NCBI GenBank assembly: GCA_963836205.1
Contig: CAWIIV010000015.1
Coordinates: 1 to 64,000 of the forward strand
Direction of reading: 5' to 3'
Length of the DNA stretch: 64,000 nt
DNA from: an uncultured Acidimicrobiia bacterium
Lineage (GTDB): Bacteria > Actinomycetota > Acidimicrobiia > Acidimicrobiales > AC-14
A model generated the notes under the pieces. It worked only from the letters and a program-made list of their open reading frames with translations, ran no database searches and was not told the origin of the DNA. A program made the position numbers and the translations under genes. How positions within the stretch are numbered: the first letter of the stretch is position 1; each line of letters begins with the position of its first letter. This document shows, one piece after another, positions 52,654-61,376 of this stretch.

Positions 52654-53729
52654 GGCGCCGGCGTCCGCGTCGGTGTCGGCGTCGGCCCGCAGGCGGCGGC
52701 GAAGGCGGGGAGCCCGTCCCGTTCGAGGTCGAGGCCGGCCATCTCGGCCAGGTCGCGCAGGTCGCGCAGCAGCCGCATCTTGGCCCGCCGGTTCTGGTCC
52801 TCGTGGGCGGCCACGGCCCGGGCCAGGAGGACGTGGGACACGAGGGTGGCCACCCCGTCGCGCTCGCCCTCCCCCGCCGTCGCCAGCCGTTCGGCGAACA
52901 GCCGGCGGGCGTGGGCCTTGCGGGCTCGGTCGCCGGCCAGGGCGTCGTCCAGGCGGCGCTTCTCGGTGGTCAGAGCGACCGCGCCCCCTTCGGCCAGGGC
53001 GGCCAGCCGGGCGTCGATCGCCTCTCGGGTCTCGTGGTCGCGGAAGTCCACGTCCTCCCCCATCAGGTAGCCGAACGCCTGCCGGTGCTGGGCGAGGCGT
53101 CGCTGGTACTGGGCCGCCGGACCCTTCCCCCGCAGCCGGGCCAGGGCCAGATCGCGGGCGCTGACCACCGACCACAGTGTCGGCTCCTCCGGCGCCAAGA
53201 GAGCCTCGACGAGCGCAGGGTCGTCGATCCATGCCGCGAGGCGGGCGGGCAGCGTCTCCGGGAGGCAGAACTTGAGCGCGCCCAGGGCCTGGTCGTGGGC
53301 CGCCGCCCCCACGTAGGCGAGGAAGCCGGTGCCGGTCGGGCGGGCGCCCCGGGCCAGCCTCCCGGCGAAGCCGCCAGCGACGCGGTCGAGCGCCGCCCGG
53401 GCCCGCGCCAGCCTGCGCAGGAAGACGACCGCCCCTTCCGGACCGGCGTCGAGCCGAGCCCGGACCGCGGCGTTGGCCGCCATCAGCCCGTCGGCGTCGA
53501 CCTCGAGGGCGGACCCGTCCGCGGTCAGGTTGGCGGCCACCAGGTCCGTTCCCACGCCGAACGCCTGCGCCGTCACCCGCAGGCGGGCCTGGAGCATCTG
53601 GCGGGTGACCGTGCTCCGGAAGGTCGACAGGTCGAAGCGCAGGACCTCGCCGTCCACCGGCATCGGTCGGAGGTAGGCGTCGAGGCCGTCATCCGAGCGG
53701 ACCGCCACCACCACCTGGGCCGCGGTCAA
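52650..53729 (-). CDS. Helical hypothetical protein, possibly the detached substrate-binding domain of the phosphotransferase
   Basis: TTGA/ATGA coupling to both neighbours; Ala/Arg/Leu helical; FGYLMGEDVDF motif. Confidence 0.65.
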   Translation of the reverse strand: MTAAQVVVAVRSDDGLDAYLRPMPVDGEVLRFDLSTFRSTVTRQMLQARLRVTAQAFGVGTDLVAANLTADGSALEVDADGLMAANAAVRARLDAGPEGAVVFLRRLARARAALDRVAGGFAGRLARGARPTGTGFLAYVGAAAHDQALGALKFCLPETLPARLAAWIDDPALVEALLAPEEPTLWSVVSARDLALARLRGKGPAAQYQRRLAQHRQAFGYLMGEDVDFRDHETREAIDARLAALAEGGAVALTTEKRRLDDALAGDRARKAHARRLFAERLATAGEGERDGVATLVSHVLLARAVAAHEDQNRRAKMRLLRDLRDLAEMAGLDLERDGLPAFAAACGPTPTPTRTPAP

Positions 53730-54685
53730 CCGGACACCGCCGTCGACGCCTGGGCCCGCAGCAGCGAGACGCAGGAGGACGGGGGGAGGTCGCCGATCTC
53801 CCGGGCGTACATGTCCATCGCCGCGCCGACGTCCATGCCCGCCGCCCGGTCGCGCCAGACGACGTTGTCGGTGAGGGTGCACGGCAGCAGCCGGCCGAGG
53901 GCGTCGATGTAGAGGACCGACCGGCCCGCCCCGCACTCTTCGCCGCCGCAACCGCGGAACTGGGTGGTGCGGATCACCATCCGCCCGCCGTACTCCTCCC
54001 GCTTCGCCGCCACCCGCTCGAAGAGCAGGTCGGCCTGCGACGGGCCGATCCGGTAGTCGCGGCAGTCGTCGCGGAAGCGGGCGGGCGACGTGGGGTCCTT
54101 GAACACGTTGATGACGCTGATCCCGGGGATGCCCCGGGCCGCCACCCAGTCGACGATCTCCTCGACCTCGTCGTAGTTCTCGGAGCTGACCGCGGTGATG
54201 ACGTTGACCTGCTCCGGCGGCAGCCGATCGAGGGTGGCGCACAGCTTGGCCCAGGCGCCGGGGCGGCGGAAGATGGCGTCCGCCTTCTCCGGGCGGACGG
54301 AGAGGATGCTGAGCGAGACCTCGATGGTCGGGTCGGCCTCGATCATCCCGAACACGGCCTCGTTGGCGATGGTGCCGTTGGTGAGCAGCTTCACCAGCAC
54401 CCCGCCGTCAACCAGCCGGCGCATGACCTGGTCGACCCCCCGGAACAGCAAAGGCTCGCCCCCCGAGAGCATCACCTTGGCCACGCCCCGCTCCACCAGG
54501 GCGTCGGCGATGGCGAGGGCCTGGTCGAGGGAGATGTGCGACCGCTTCATCTCCACCAGGCAGAAGTCGCACTTGAGGTTGCAGGCGCTGGTGATCTCCC
54601 ACAGGACCCGCACGCCCGAGCTGGTGATCGACCGGAAGCAGCAGATCTGATCCTCCGCCTGCAAGACCGACCGGACCTTGGACAT
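53726..54685 (-). CDS. Radical SAM enzyme with Twitch-like C-terminus (paralog A)
   Basis: CNLKCDFC, SGGEP, LTNGT, CGAGR...LLPC. Confidence 0.92.
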   Translation of the reverse strand: MSKVRSVLQAEDQICCFRSITSSGVRVLWEITSACNLKCDFCLVEMKRSHISLDQALAIADALVERGVAKVMLSGGEPLLFRGVDQVMRRLVDGGVLVKLLTNGTIANEAVFGMIEADPTIEVSLSILSVRPEKADAIFRRPGAWAKLCATLDRLPPEQVNVITAVSSENYDEVEEIVDWVAARGIPGISVINVFKDPTSPARFRDDCRDYRIGPSQADLLFERVAAKREEYGGRMVIRTTQFRGCGGEECGAGRSVLYIDALGRLLPCTLTDNVVWRDRAAGMDVGAAMDMYAREIGDLPPSSCVSLLRAQASTAVSG

Positions 54686-54764
54686 CGGCTGCCCCCTTCT
54701 CGCCTGTCCGCCCGGGGTTTCAAGGCCAGGTTACCGTCGCGACAACCGATCCGAAAGGGCGCCC

Positions 54765-56045
54765 ATGGCCGTAACCCTGGCCCTCTTCGGCGGGCCGCCG
54801 GCCGTCACCGAGCCCACCGACTTCGTGTGGCCGCCGATCACCGCCGCCGACGTGCGGGCGGTGACGAGCCTCCTCGAGCGGGGCGAGATCTCCTACTACG
54901 GCCGGGAGGGCGAGGTGGAGGCGCTGGAGAACGCGTTCGGCGCCTACGTGGGCGTGCCGTTCACGTTGGCGTGCAGCTCCGGCACCGCCGCCCTCCACTC
55001 CGCCTACTTCGGCCTCGGCCTGGGCGCGGGCGACGAGGTGATCGCACCCACGTTCACCTTCCTGTCGACGGTGATGCCGCTGTTCGTCGTCAACGCCACG
55101 CCGGTGCTGGTCGACTGCGAGCCGGACACGGGCAACATCGACCCCGCCGCCATCGAAGCCGCCATCACCCCGCGAACCCGGGCGGTGGTCGTCGTCCACG
55201 TCAACGGCCATCCGTGCGCCATGGCCCCGATCGTCGACCTCTGCCGCCGGCGGGGGCTGCGGCTGGTGGAGGACGCCAGCCACGCCCACGGGGCGACCCA
55301 CGACGGCGCCATGGTCGGTGCCTTCGGCGACGTGTCGGTGTTCAGCCTCCAGGGAGCCAAGCTGACCGCCGCCGGGCAGGGCGGGCTCATGCTCACCGCC
55401 GACCGCGAGATCTTCGAGCGGGCGGTCCTGCTCGGCCACTTCCGGAACCGGGCCTTCGACGACGTGACCAGCGACGCCTACCGCCCGTTCGCCACCACCG
55501 GCTACGGCCTGAACTACCGGATGCACCCCCTGGCCGCGGCCCTCGCCCGGCGCCAGTTCGAGGACCTCGACGCCTACATCGACGGCCGCAACGCCAACCT
55601 CGGCGTGCTCTCGGCCGGGCTGGCCGACATTCCCGGCGTCGAGCCCCCGGCCCGCCGGGCCTATGCCACCCGCCACCCCTATTTCAACTACAAGCCGCTC
55701 TACGACGGGGAGGCGATGGACGGGTTGGACCGGGGGCTGTACCTGCGGGCGTTGCAGGCGGAGGGCGCCCCGGTGGCGGACTCGACCTCCCTGCCGCTGC
55801 ATCGGGAGCACCTGTTCCAGGTGGCCGACGACGGCAGCCGCACCTACGGCCGCGACCCCCACCGGCGGGTCTACGCCGACGGTGACCTCCCCCGGGCCGA
55901 GTCCTACGCCACCCGGGCCCTCCGCATCCCGACCTACACCGACCCCCGGCCCCGCCTGATGGAGCAGATCCTCGACGCCTTCGACAAGGTCGGGCGGGCT
56001 CGGGGCGCCCTCCTCGACCACGCCCGCCGGGCAGCCGCCGGCTGA
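54765..56045 (+). CDS. DegT/DnrJ/EryC1/StrS-family PLP aminotransferase
   Basis: SSGTAALH, GDEVI.P, VEDASHAHG, FSLQGAK (PLP Lys), GLNYRM. Confidence 0.93.
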   Translation: MAVTLALFGGPPAVTEPTDFVWPPITAADVRAVTSLLERGEISYYGREGEVEALENAFGAYVGVPFTLACSSGTAALHSAYFGLGLGAGDEVIAPTFTFLSTVMPLFVVNATPVLVDCEPDTGNIDPAAIEAAITPRTRAVVVVHVNGHPCAMAPIVDLCRRRGLRLVEDASHAHGATHDGAMVGAFGDVSVFSLQGAKLTAAGQGGLMLTADREIFERAVLLGHFRNRAFDDVTSDAYRPFATTGYGLNYRMHPLAAALARRQFEDLDAYIDGRNANLGVLSAGLADIPGVEPPARRAYATRHPYFNYKPLYDGEAMDGLDRGLYLRALQAEGAPVADSTSLPLHREHLFQVADDGSRTYGRDPHRRVYADGDLPRAESYATRALRIPTYTDPRPRLMEQILDAFDKVGRARGALLDHARRAAAG

Positions 56046-56063
56046 GGCGCGGCCGCGCCTCGC

Positions 56064-57020
56064 TCAGGTGGGCGCCGCCACCAGGGTCTCGGTGGCCAGG
56101 CGGGCGGAGCACGACGACGGGGGCGTCTCCGGCAGGTTGGCCCGGTACCAGGCGACGGCCTCCCCCACAGTCATTCCCTGCACCGCCTCCCGCCAGATGC
56201 GGTTGTCGGTGACGGTGCAGGGCGACACGGCCCCCATGGCGTCGACGTAGAACACCGTCCGCCCGGCCATGCAGCGCTCGTTGGGCTGGAGGACGAACTG
56301 CGTCGTCCGGATGACGAGACGGCCGCGGTACTGATCCCGCTTGCGGGCGACCAGGTCGAAGAGCTGCGCCCGCTGCCCGTCGTCGATGCGCAGGTCGCGG
56401 CAGTCGTCGCGGAACCGGGCCGGGCTGGCGGGGTCCTTGAAGATGTCGGTGAGGCTGAGACAGGGCACGCCCGCGGCCGCCACCCAGTCGACGACGTCCT
56501 CTACCGCGTCGAAGTTGAGTCGGCTGACGGCGCAGATCACGTTGAGGCGGGCCTTGGGCAGGGCGTCGATGGTGGCCGCGATCTTGGCCAGGGTGTCGGG
56601 GCGGCCGAAGATGCGGTCGGCCTCGACCGGGTCCACCGTGGGCAGGCTCAACGACACCTCGATCGAGTCGGAGGCCCGGATGAGGTCGAAGACGCCGGGG
56701 TGGTGGACGGTGCCGTTGGTGAGGAGCTTGACCAGGACGTCGGAGCTGCTCAGGCGGCGGATGATCGCCTCCGCCCCCGGATGGAGCAGGGGCTCGCCTC
56801 CCGAGAGCAGGACCTTGTCGACCCGGGCCGCCACCAGCTGGTCGGCGATGGCCAGGGCCGGCTCCACCGCCAGGTGGCGGCCCTTGATCTCCACCAGGCA
56901 GAAGTCGCACTTGAGGTTGCAGGCGCTGGTCAGCTCCCACAGCACCCGGGTGCCCTGGCTCTCGACCGAGCGGTAGATGCAGAACTGGTCCTCGTCCCGG
57001 ACGACCGAGTGGGTGGTCAT
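56064..57020 (-). CDS. Radical SAM enzyme with Twitch-like C-terminus (paralog B)
   Basis: CNLKCDFC, SGGEP, LTNGT, CMAGR...VSPC; ATGA overlap with the HD gene. Confidence 0.92.
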   Translation of the reverse strand: MTTHSVVRDEDQFCIYRSVESQGTRVLWELTSACNLKCDFCLVEIKGRHLAVEPALAIADQLVAARVDKVLLSGGEPLLHPGAEAIIRRLSSSDVLVKLLTNGTVHHPGVFDLIRASDSIEVSLSLPTVDPVEADRIFGRPDTLAKIAATIDALPKARLNVICAVSRLNFDAVEDVVDWVAAAGVPCLSLTDIFKDPASPARFRDDCRDLRIDDGQRAQLFDLVARKRDQYRGRLVIRTTQFVLQPNERCMAGRTVFYVDAMGAVSPCTVTDNRIWREAVQGMTVGEAVAWYRANLPETPPSSCSARLATETLVAAPT

Positions 57021-58459
57021 CCGAACACCGCCTCGGCCGCGGCGGTGGCGGCGGTGGCCTGGCCCTGCCACCGGGGCGCCAGGTAGACCCGCAGCGACCA
57101 CAGCCGCTGGTAGCGGCGGGACGCCTCGTCGGCGTCGGTGGCGAAGCCGTGGGCCGACGCCTCGGCGAGGGTGAACACGGCCCCGCCCCGTCCGACGAGG
57201 CGGGCGTTGGCCGGCTTGGCCTGCATCGCCGCGGGCGAGACGGCCACGATCACGTCGCCCTCGGCGGCCCACGGCAGGCGGGCCCGCAGGGCGGCCTCGG
57301 CATCGGTGCGCCAGTCGGGATCGAGGGCGAGGGCGCGGGCGGGGTCGGCGTCGACCCGGCTGCGGAAGCCTTCCAGGTCGTCGGTGCGCCACACCTCCCG
57401 GTACTGCCGCCCGGCCCGAAGGGCCTCGCCGACCGACTCCCGGCCACGGTCGCGGGCGGCGCCGGCCTCGGCTCCCGCCAGCCGGTCGAGCAGCTCGTCG
57501 TCGCCGAGCTCACGGAGGTGGTCCTCGGGCAGGAGGTCGCGGCAGGCGTCGGGTCCGAGGCGGCGCAGGACGAGGTCGAGCATGGCGTCCGCCGCCAGCT
57601 TCACCGGGTGGAACACCGAGGCCGCGAACACCTCGAAGCGGGCCCGGTAGAGATCGTCCGCCATGGCCACCCGCTCCACCGCGGTGGCGGGGTCGGAGGC
57701 GTCGAGGGCGAGGCCCCATCCCCGGTCGGTGTCGACCAGGCGCAGCGCCGCCGGCAGGCTCCCGGGGAACGCCTGGGGGCGGTTGACGGCGAAGGAGTCC
57801 CGCAGGGCGAAGTCGACCAGGTCGGTGCCCAGGCCGGAGTTCACGATCTCGGCCGCCAGCCGGTTTCCGGGGTCGACGGCGGCGTCGAGGTGACGGTCGA
57901 AGGCGGCGAGCCACGCCCGCCGCTCGGCGTCGGTGGTCTCGTGGAAGGCGTGGCGGCGGGCGTGACGCTTGACGGCGGCGATGCACGCCGCCAGACGGGG
58001 CCGGCCGGCCGGTTCCCCGAACAGGCCCGACTGGTAGCGGAGGGTGTGGCCGAGGGGGAGCAACTCGATGTCGTGGACCAGGGCGAACAGGCGCACGACC
58101 AGGTCGAGCGACAAGCCTTGGGCCTGGGCCGCGCCCTCGGCCGCGGCCAGGCCGGCCTGGGTCGTGGGGTCGTCCGCCCGCCGCAACGCCTCCAGGTAGG
58201 TGGCGCTCCAGTAGGCCACGCCCAGGCTGTGGGACGCCCGGGTGTTCTCGGCGTTGGGCCAGGCATGGAAGGCGAGGCCCATCTGTCGCAGCCGGCGCAG
58301 GCGTTGGAACGGCGGCGACGCGATCACCGCCTCCTCGGCCCGGGTCACGAGGTGGGCGCACCCGGGCCACACGTCGAGCGTCCGCACCGGCTGGGCCAGG
58401 GCTCGCGCGACGGATCGGGCCACGTCCAGGTCGACCGGGGTCAGGTCGGTGGCGGTCAT
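57017..58459 (-). CDS. HD-domain phosphohydrolase (SAMHD1/dNTP-triphosphohydrolase-like scaffold)
   Basis: FQRLRRLRQMG, TRASHSLGV, LVHD, D.VDF.LRD, V.FHP.K. Confidence 0.85.
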   Translation of the reverse strand: MTATDLTPVDLDVARSVARALAQPVRTLDVWPGCAHLVTRAEEAVIASPPFQRLRRLRQMGLAFHAWPNAENTRASHSLGVAYWSATYLEALRRADDPTTQAGLAAAEGAAQAQGLSLDLVVRLFALVHDIELLPLGHTLRYQSGLFGEPAGRPRLAACIAAVKRHARRHAFHETTDAERRAWLAAFDRHLDAAVDPGNRLAAEIVNSGLGTDLVDFALRDSFAVNRPQAFPGSLPAALRLVDTDRGWGLALDASDPATAVERVAMADDLYRARFEVFAASVFHPVKLAADAMLDLVLRRLGPDACRDLLPEDHLRELGDDELLDRLAGAEAGAARDRGRESVGEALRAGRQYREVWRTDDLEGFRSRVDADPARALALDPDWRTDAEAALRARLPWAAEGDVIVAVSPAAMQAKPANARLVGRGGAVFTLAEASAHGFATDADEASRRYQRLWSLRVYLAPRWQGQATAATAAAEAVFG

Positions 58460-59559
58460 GCCCGGAGCGCGGGGTCGCAGGCGACGGCCCGAGCCGCCAG
58501 CCCGTCCCGGCGGGCATCGGCCGCGGCCAGGGCGGCTGCCAACGGCTCCTCCTCCGTCACGCCGTCGAACAGGGCCAGGTAGCGCCGGGCCAGGTCGTCG
58601 CCGTCCTGGGTGGTGAAGGTCTCGATGACCCCGCCACCGGCGGCGGGCGGACCGAGCAGTCCGGCGGTCAGGCGAGCGGCGAACTTGGCCACGTACTGGG
58701 CCTCGACGAACCGACCCGACGCCTCCAGGTCGTCGGCGTCGTCGAGGCACCGGGACACGTAGCCGGCCTGGGCGTAGGTGGGGGTGTGGCCGAGGTCGAG
58801 GATCTCCTGGTGGGACGGGAGCCCCAAGCGGGCGTAGGCCCGCTCGACGAGGTCGCGAACGCCCGCCACCGCGTCCTGAGCCGAGGCGGCATCGTCGGAC
58901 CGCAGCCCGTAGGCGGCGAGGACGGCGTCGACCAGCCCCACCTCGCCCGCGTGAAGCAGGTCGGCCAGCGCCCACTTCGCCTTCTGGTAGCGGCGGGGAC
59001 GTTCGAGGAGGGCCAGGAGGGCGAGGTTGTCGAGGCACCCCCGCAGGGCGTCCATCCGCGTCGCCCGGTCGCCGGGGCCCCGGCCCAGGTCGACCAGCAG
59101 CAGGTAGACGTCGCGCAGGGTGGCCTCGAAGCGGTCCGCCCACGGGTGCATCGCCGCCGCCCGCCGGGCCAGGTGGGGGGCGAACCCGTCGTGGTCGAGC
59201 ACGGGAACGCCGCCGCCCAGGCGGGCCGCCTGCCGCAACTCCCAGATCCAGCCGCCCCCCGTGGTGGTGGCCAGGGCCGCGGCCCGGTCGACCCGCTCGA
59301 TCTCGACCCGCACGCCGTCGACCACCCGGGACTCGAAGGCGTCCCGTCCGCTGCCACCGTCGGTGACGATCACCAGGTCGAGGTCGGCCCGCACCGAGCA
59401 CCGGCGCAGAGCGGTGGACCCGACCACCAGGGCGGCGACCACCGCCTCATCCCGGTCCAACTCCGCAGCCACCTGCGCCGCCAGTGCCAAACGGGCCTGC
59501 ACCACCGCCGCCGGGGTCTCGTGGGCCGCCACCCGGCCGGCCAGCGCAGCCGCGGTCAC
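58456..59559 (-). CDS. Pol-beta superfamily nucleotidyltransferase with helical C-terminal domain (KNTase-like)
   Basis: VVGS.........ADLDL, VEIE third acidic strand; ATGA overlap with the HD gene. Confidence 0.78.
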   Translation of the reverse strand: MTAAALAGRVAAHETPAAVVQARLALAAQVAAELDRDEAVVAALVVGSTALRRCSVRADLDLVIVTDGGSGRDAFESRVVDGVRVEIERVDRAAALATTTGGGWIWELRQAARLGGGVPVLDHDGFAPHLARRAAAMHPWADRFEATLRDVYLLLVDLGRGPGDRATRMDALRGCLDNLALLALLERPRRYQKAKWALADLLHAGEVGLVDAVLAAYGLRSDDAASAQDAVAGVRDLVERAYARLGLPSHQEILDLGHTPTYAQAGYVSRCLDDADDLEASGRFVEAQYVAKFAARLTAGLLGPPAAGGGVIETFTTQDGDDLARRYLALFDGVTEEEPLAAALAAADARRDGLAARAVACDPALRA

Positions 59560-59608
59560 TCCAGGCGGGCTCGCGACCGCCTCGCCCTGTGCCAGCGGGG
59601 CCGTGGTG

Positions 59609-59989
59609 CTAGCCGCCTGGTGCGACGATGTCCTTGCCCGCCGGCCCGGCCTTGATGGCGGCGGACGCCCCCGGAGTCACGTGCAAGGCCTTGCTGAGCT
59701 GTTTGATCACCTTGGCCTCGACCTTGGTCCGCGGCCGGGAGACCTCCTTGCGGGCCATCGTGGACAGCTGGTCCATCGACAGCTTCTCGGCCCGGGGCCG
59801 CAGCGTGGCCACGATCTCGTAGCCCTGGGCCAACTCCACCGCGTCGGCCGGCAGGGCCCCCGGGTCGGGGTTGCCCTGCTTGGCCAGGGCGGACTTGAAG
59901 CCCGCTTCGGCCACCAGGAGCTCGTTGGCGGACAGCCCGAGCTTCATGGTGCGGTTCATGACTTCCAGCGCGTGGAAAACCTCGCCCAT
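59609..59989 (-). CDS. Hypothetical protein (126 aa), probable first gene of the operon
   Basis: SD GGAGG, upstream -10 TATGCT; good codon bias. Confidence 0.65.
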   Translation of the reverse strand: MGEVFHALEVMNRTMKLGLSANELLVAEAGFKSALAKQGNPDPGALPADAVELAQGYEIVATLRPRAEKLSMDQLSTMARKEVSRPRTKVEAKVIKQLSKALHVTPGASAAIKAGPAGKDIVAPGG

Positions 59990-60051
59990 CGGATCCTCCC
60001 GACCTCGGCGCAAACCGGCCCCGCCAGCATAGCTCCGAGGGACCCTCGCGG

Positions 60052-60870
60052 CTACGGGTTGCGGAGCAGGCTGCGCAGCTTCAGCCCGAGCCACGGCTTG
60101 CGGCCGTAGGCGAGCAGCTTGCCCTTGAGGATCGGCGGCCACTGGCCGGTGCGGCCCCACGCCACCGCCATGAAGGCGGCGGGGTCGACCGACAAATGGC
60201 AGTCGACCCGTCCGGGGGCGGCGTCGGAGACGGCCAGGTCGCCGTTGGCGAAGCGGAGGTAGGCCTCTCCCCCACCCCGGAGGGCGACGTGGTAGGTGGC
60301 GGTGACACCCTTCGCCCGCTCGTGCACCATGGCCCCGCCCAGGGCGCCCAGCACGGGGAACATGAACCCCCGCAGGACAAGGGCGGCGTGGGCCCGCTCG
60401 ACGGGCCAGGGGGCGTCGTCGGTCCGGGCCAGGTCGCCGCCGTGGACGACCAGCTCGTTGAGGGCGTGGCAGGCGATGGTGGACAGGGGGAAGTCGACAC
60501 CCTCGATCACCCATCTCCGCAAGGGATCGTCGGGGGTGTCACGCAGGACGCCGAGGAGGGCGGCCACGCTGGCGTCGACACGGGTGGCTATGGCTCCCAG
60601 GTCTCGCTCGGATTCCCCGGCGACCAGCATCGTCGTGAGGGTGGAGAGGTCCCAGATGTCGTCGGACATCGGCGACGAGCCCCGGGCGAGCGAGGTGATC
60701 AGGTCGACCGAGTGGGAGATGTGGATCGCCACATCGGTGGTGGTCCAAATGCCCAGCGCCGGCCGCTCGGGGAAGTTGATGCAGCGCACCAGGGCCGAGA
60801 CCCTCGCCCCCATGGCGGCCACCGCCCGCCGGGCCGCCACCGGGTCGACCGGCGCGATCGCTCCCATCAC
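60052..60870 (-). CDS. MDMPI/DinB-like N-terminal domain + SCP2-like C-terminal domain protein
   Basis: WTTTDVAIH, ELVVHGGDLA; C-terminal AILKGKLLAYG. Confidence 0.78.
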   Translation of the reverse strand: MMGAIAPVDPVAARRAVAAMGARVSALVRCINFPERPALGIWTTTDVAIHISHSVDLITSLARGSSPMSDDIWDLSTLTTMLVAGESERDLGAIATRVDASVAALLGVLRDTPDDPLRRWVIEGVDFPLSTIACHALNELVVHGGDLARTDDAPWPVERAHAALVLRGFMFPVLGALGGAMVHERAKGVTATYHVALRGGGEAYLRFANGDLAVSDAAPGRVDCHLSVDPAAFMAVAWGRTGQWPPILKGKLLAYGRKPWLGLKLRSLLRNP

Positions 60871-61028
60871 GCAGGAGCGGCCGACGACACCGAACTGGTG
60901 ACGGAAAAGGCGCCGGGGCGACCAAAACTGTCACCGGTTCGGCCGTCGAAAGGTTTGCGGACGCGGGCCATCCCCCAGAGTGTGGCTGGTGGTGGCCACC
61001 GAAGCGGTAATCCGGCGGCCGAAATCTC

Positions 61029-61223
61029 TTAGGGCCAGGCCGCCTTGAACGTGTCGTACATCGTGGGGATGACGAACAGCGCCAGCCCGAGGGGCAGCAG
61101 GGCGATGCTCGGCGCCAGGCCCCGGCGTCCCCGGGCGCCGAACTTCCACCCTTCACCTGCGGCCGCGAGGGCGAAGCAGATGAAGGCCGCCAGGTAGAAG
61201 AAGAACGCGGTCTTCGGGCTCAA
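61029..61223 (-). CDS. Small two-TM membrane protein
   Basis: Two hydrophobic helices; TTG start 8 nt after the microprotein gene. Confidence 0.65.
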   Translation of the reverse strand: MSPKTAFFFYLAAFICFALAAAGEGWKFGARGRRGLAPSIALLPLGLALFVIPTMYDTFKAAWP

Positions 61224-61231
61224 CGCCGCCC

Positions 61232-61291
61232 CTAGGTGAGGATGAGGACGAGGATGATGATGAGGATGAGTGTTCCAAGACCGATGTACAT
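61232..61291 (-). CDS. 19-aa single-TM microprotein MYIGLGTLILIIILVLILT (absent from the ORF track)
   Basis: SD GGAGGT 3 nt before ATG 61291; TAG 61232-61234; mostly C-ending codons. Confidence 0.7.
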   Translation of the reverse strand: MYIGLGTLILIIILVLILT

Positions 61292-61376
61292 GGCACCTCC
61301 CGGCTCCGCCGGCGGTTCCGGCGCTACCTGATCACTTCCCTTACCGGCAGGGCGCGAAACTCTGGAAACCCGCAGG

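Noticed and set aside
53726-57020. Calling the twin radical SAM enzymes prokaryotic viperins or MoaA/PqqE/MftC
   Set aside because: They lack the viperin N(Y/F)H..CN..C.FC and KINF.GGEP context, and no moa, pqq or mft partner genes are present
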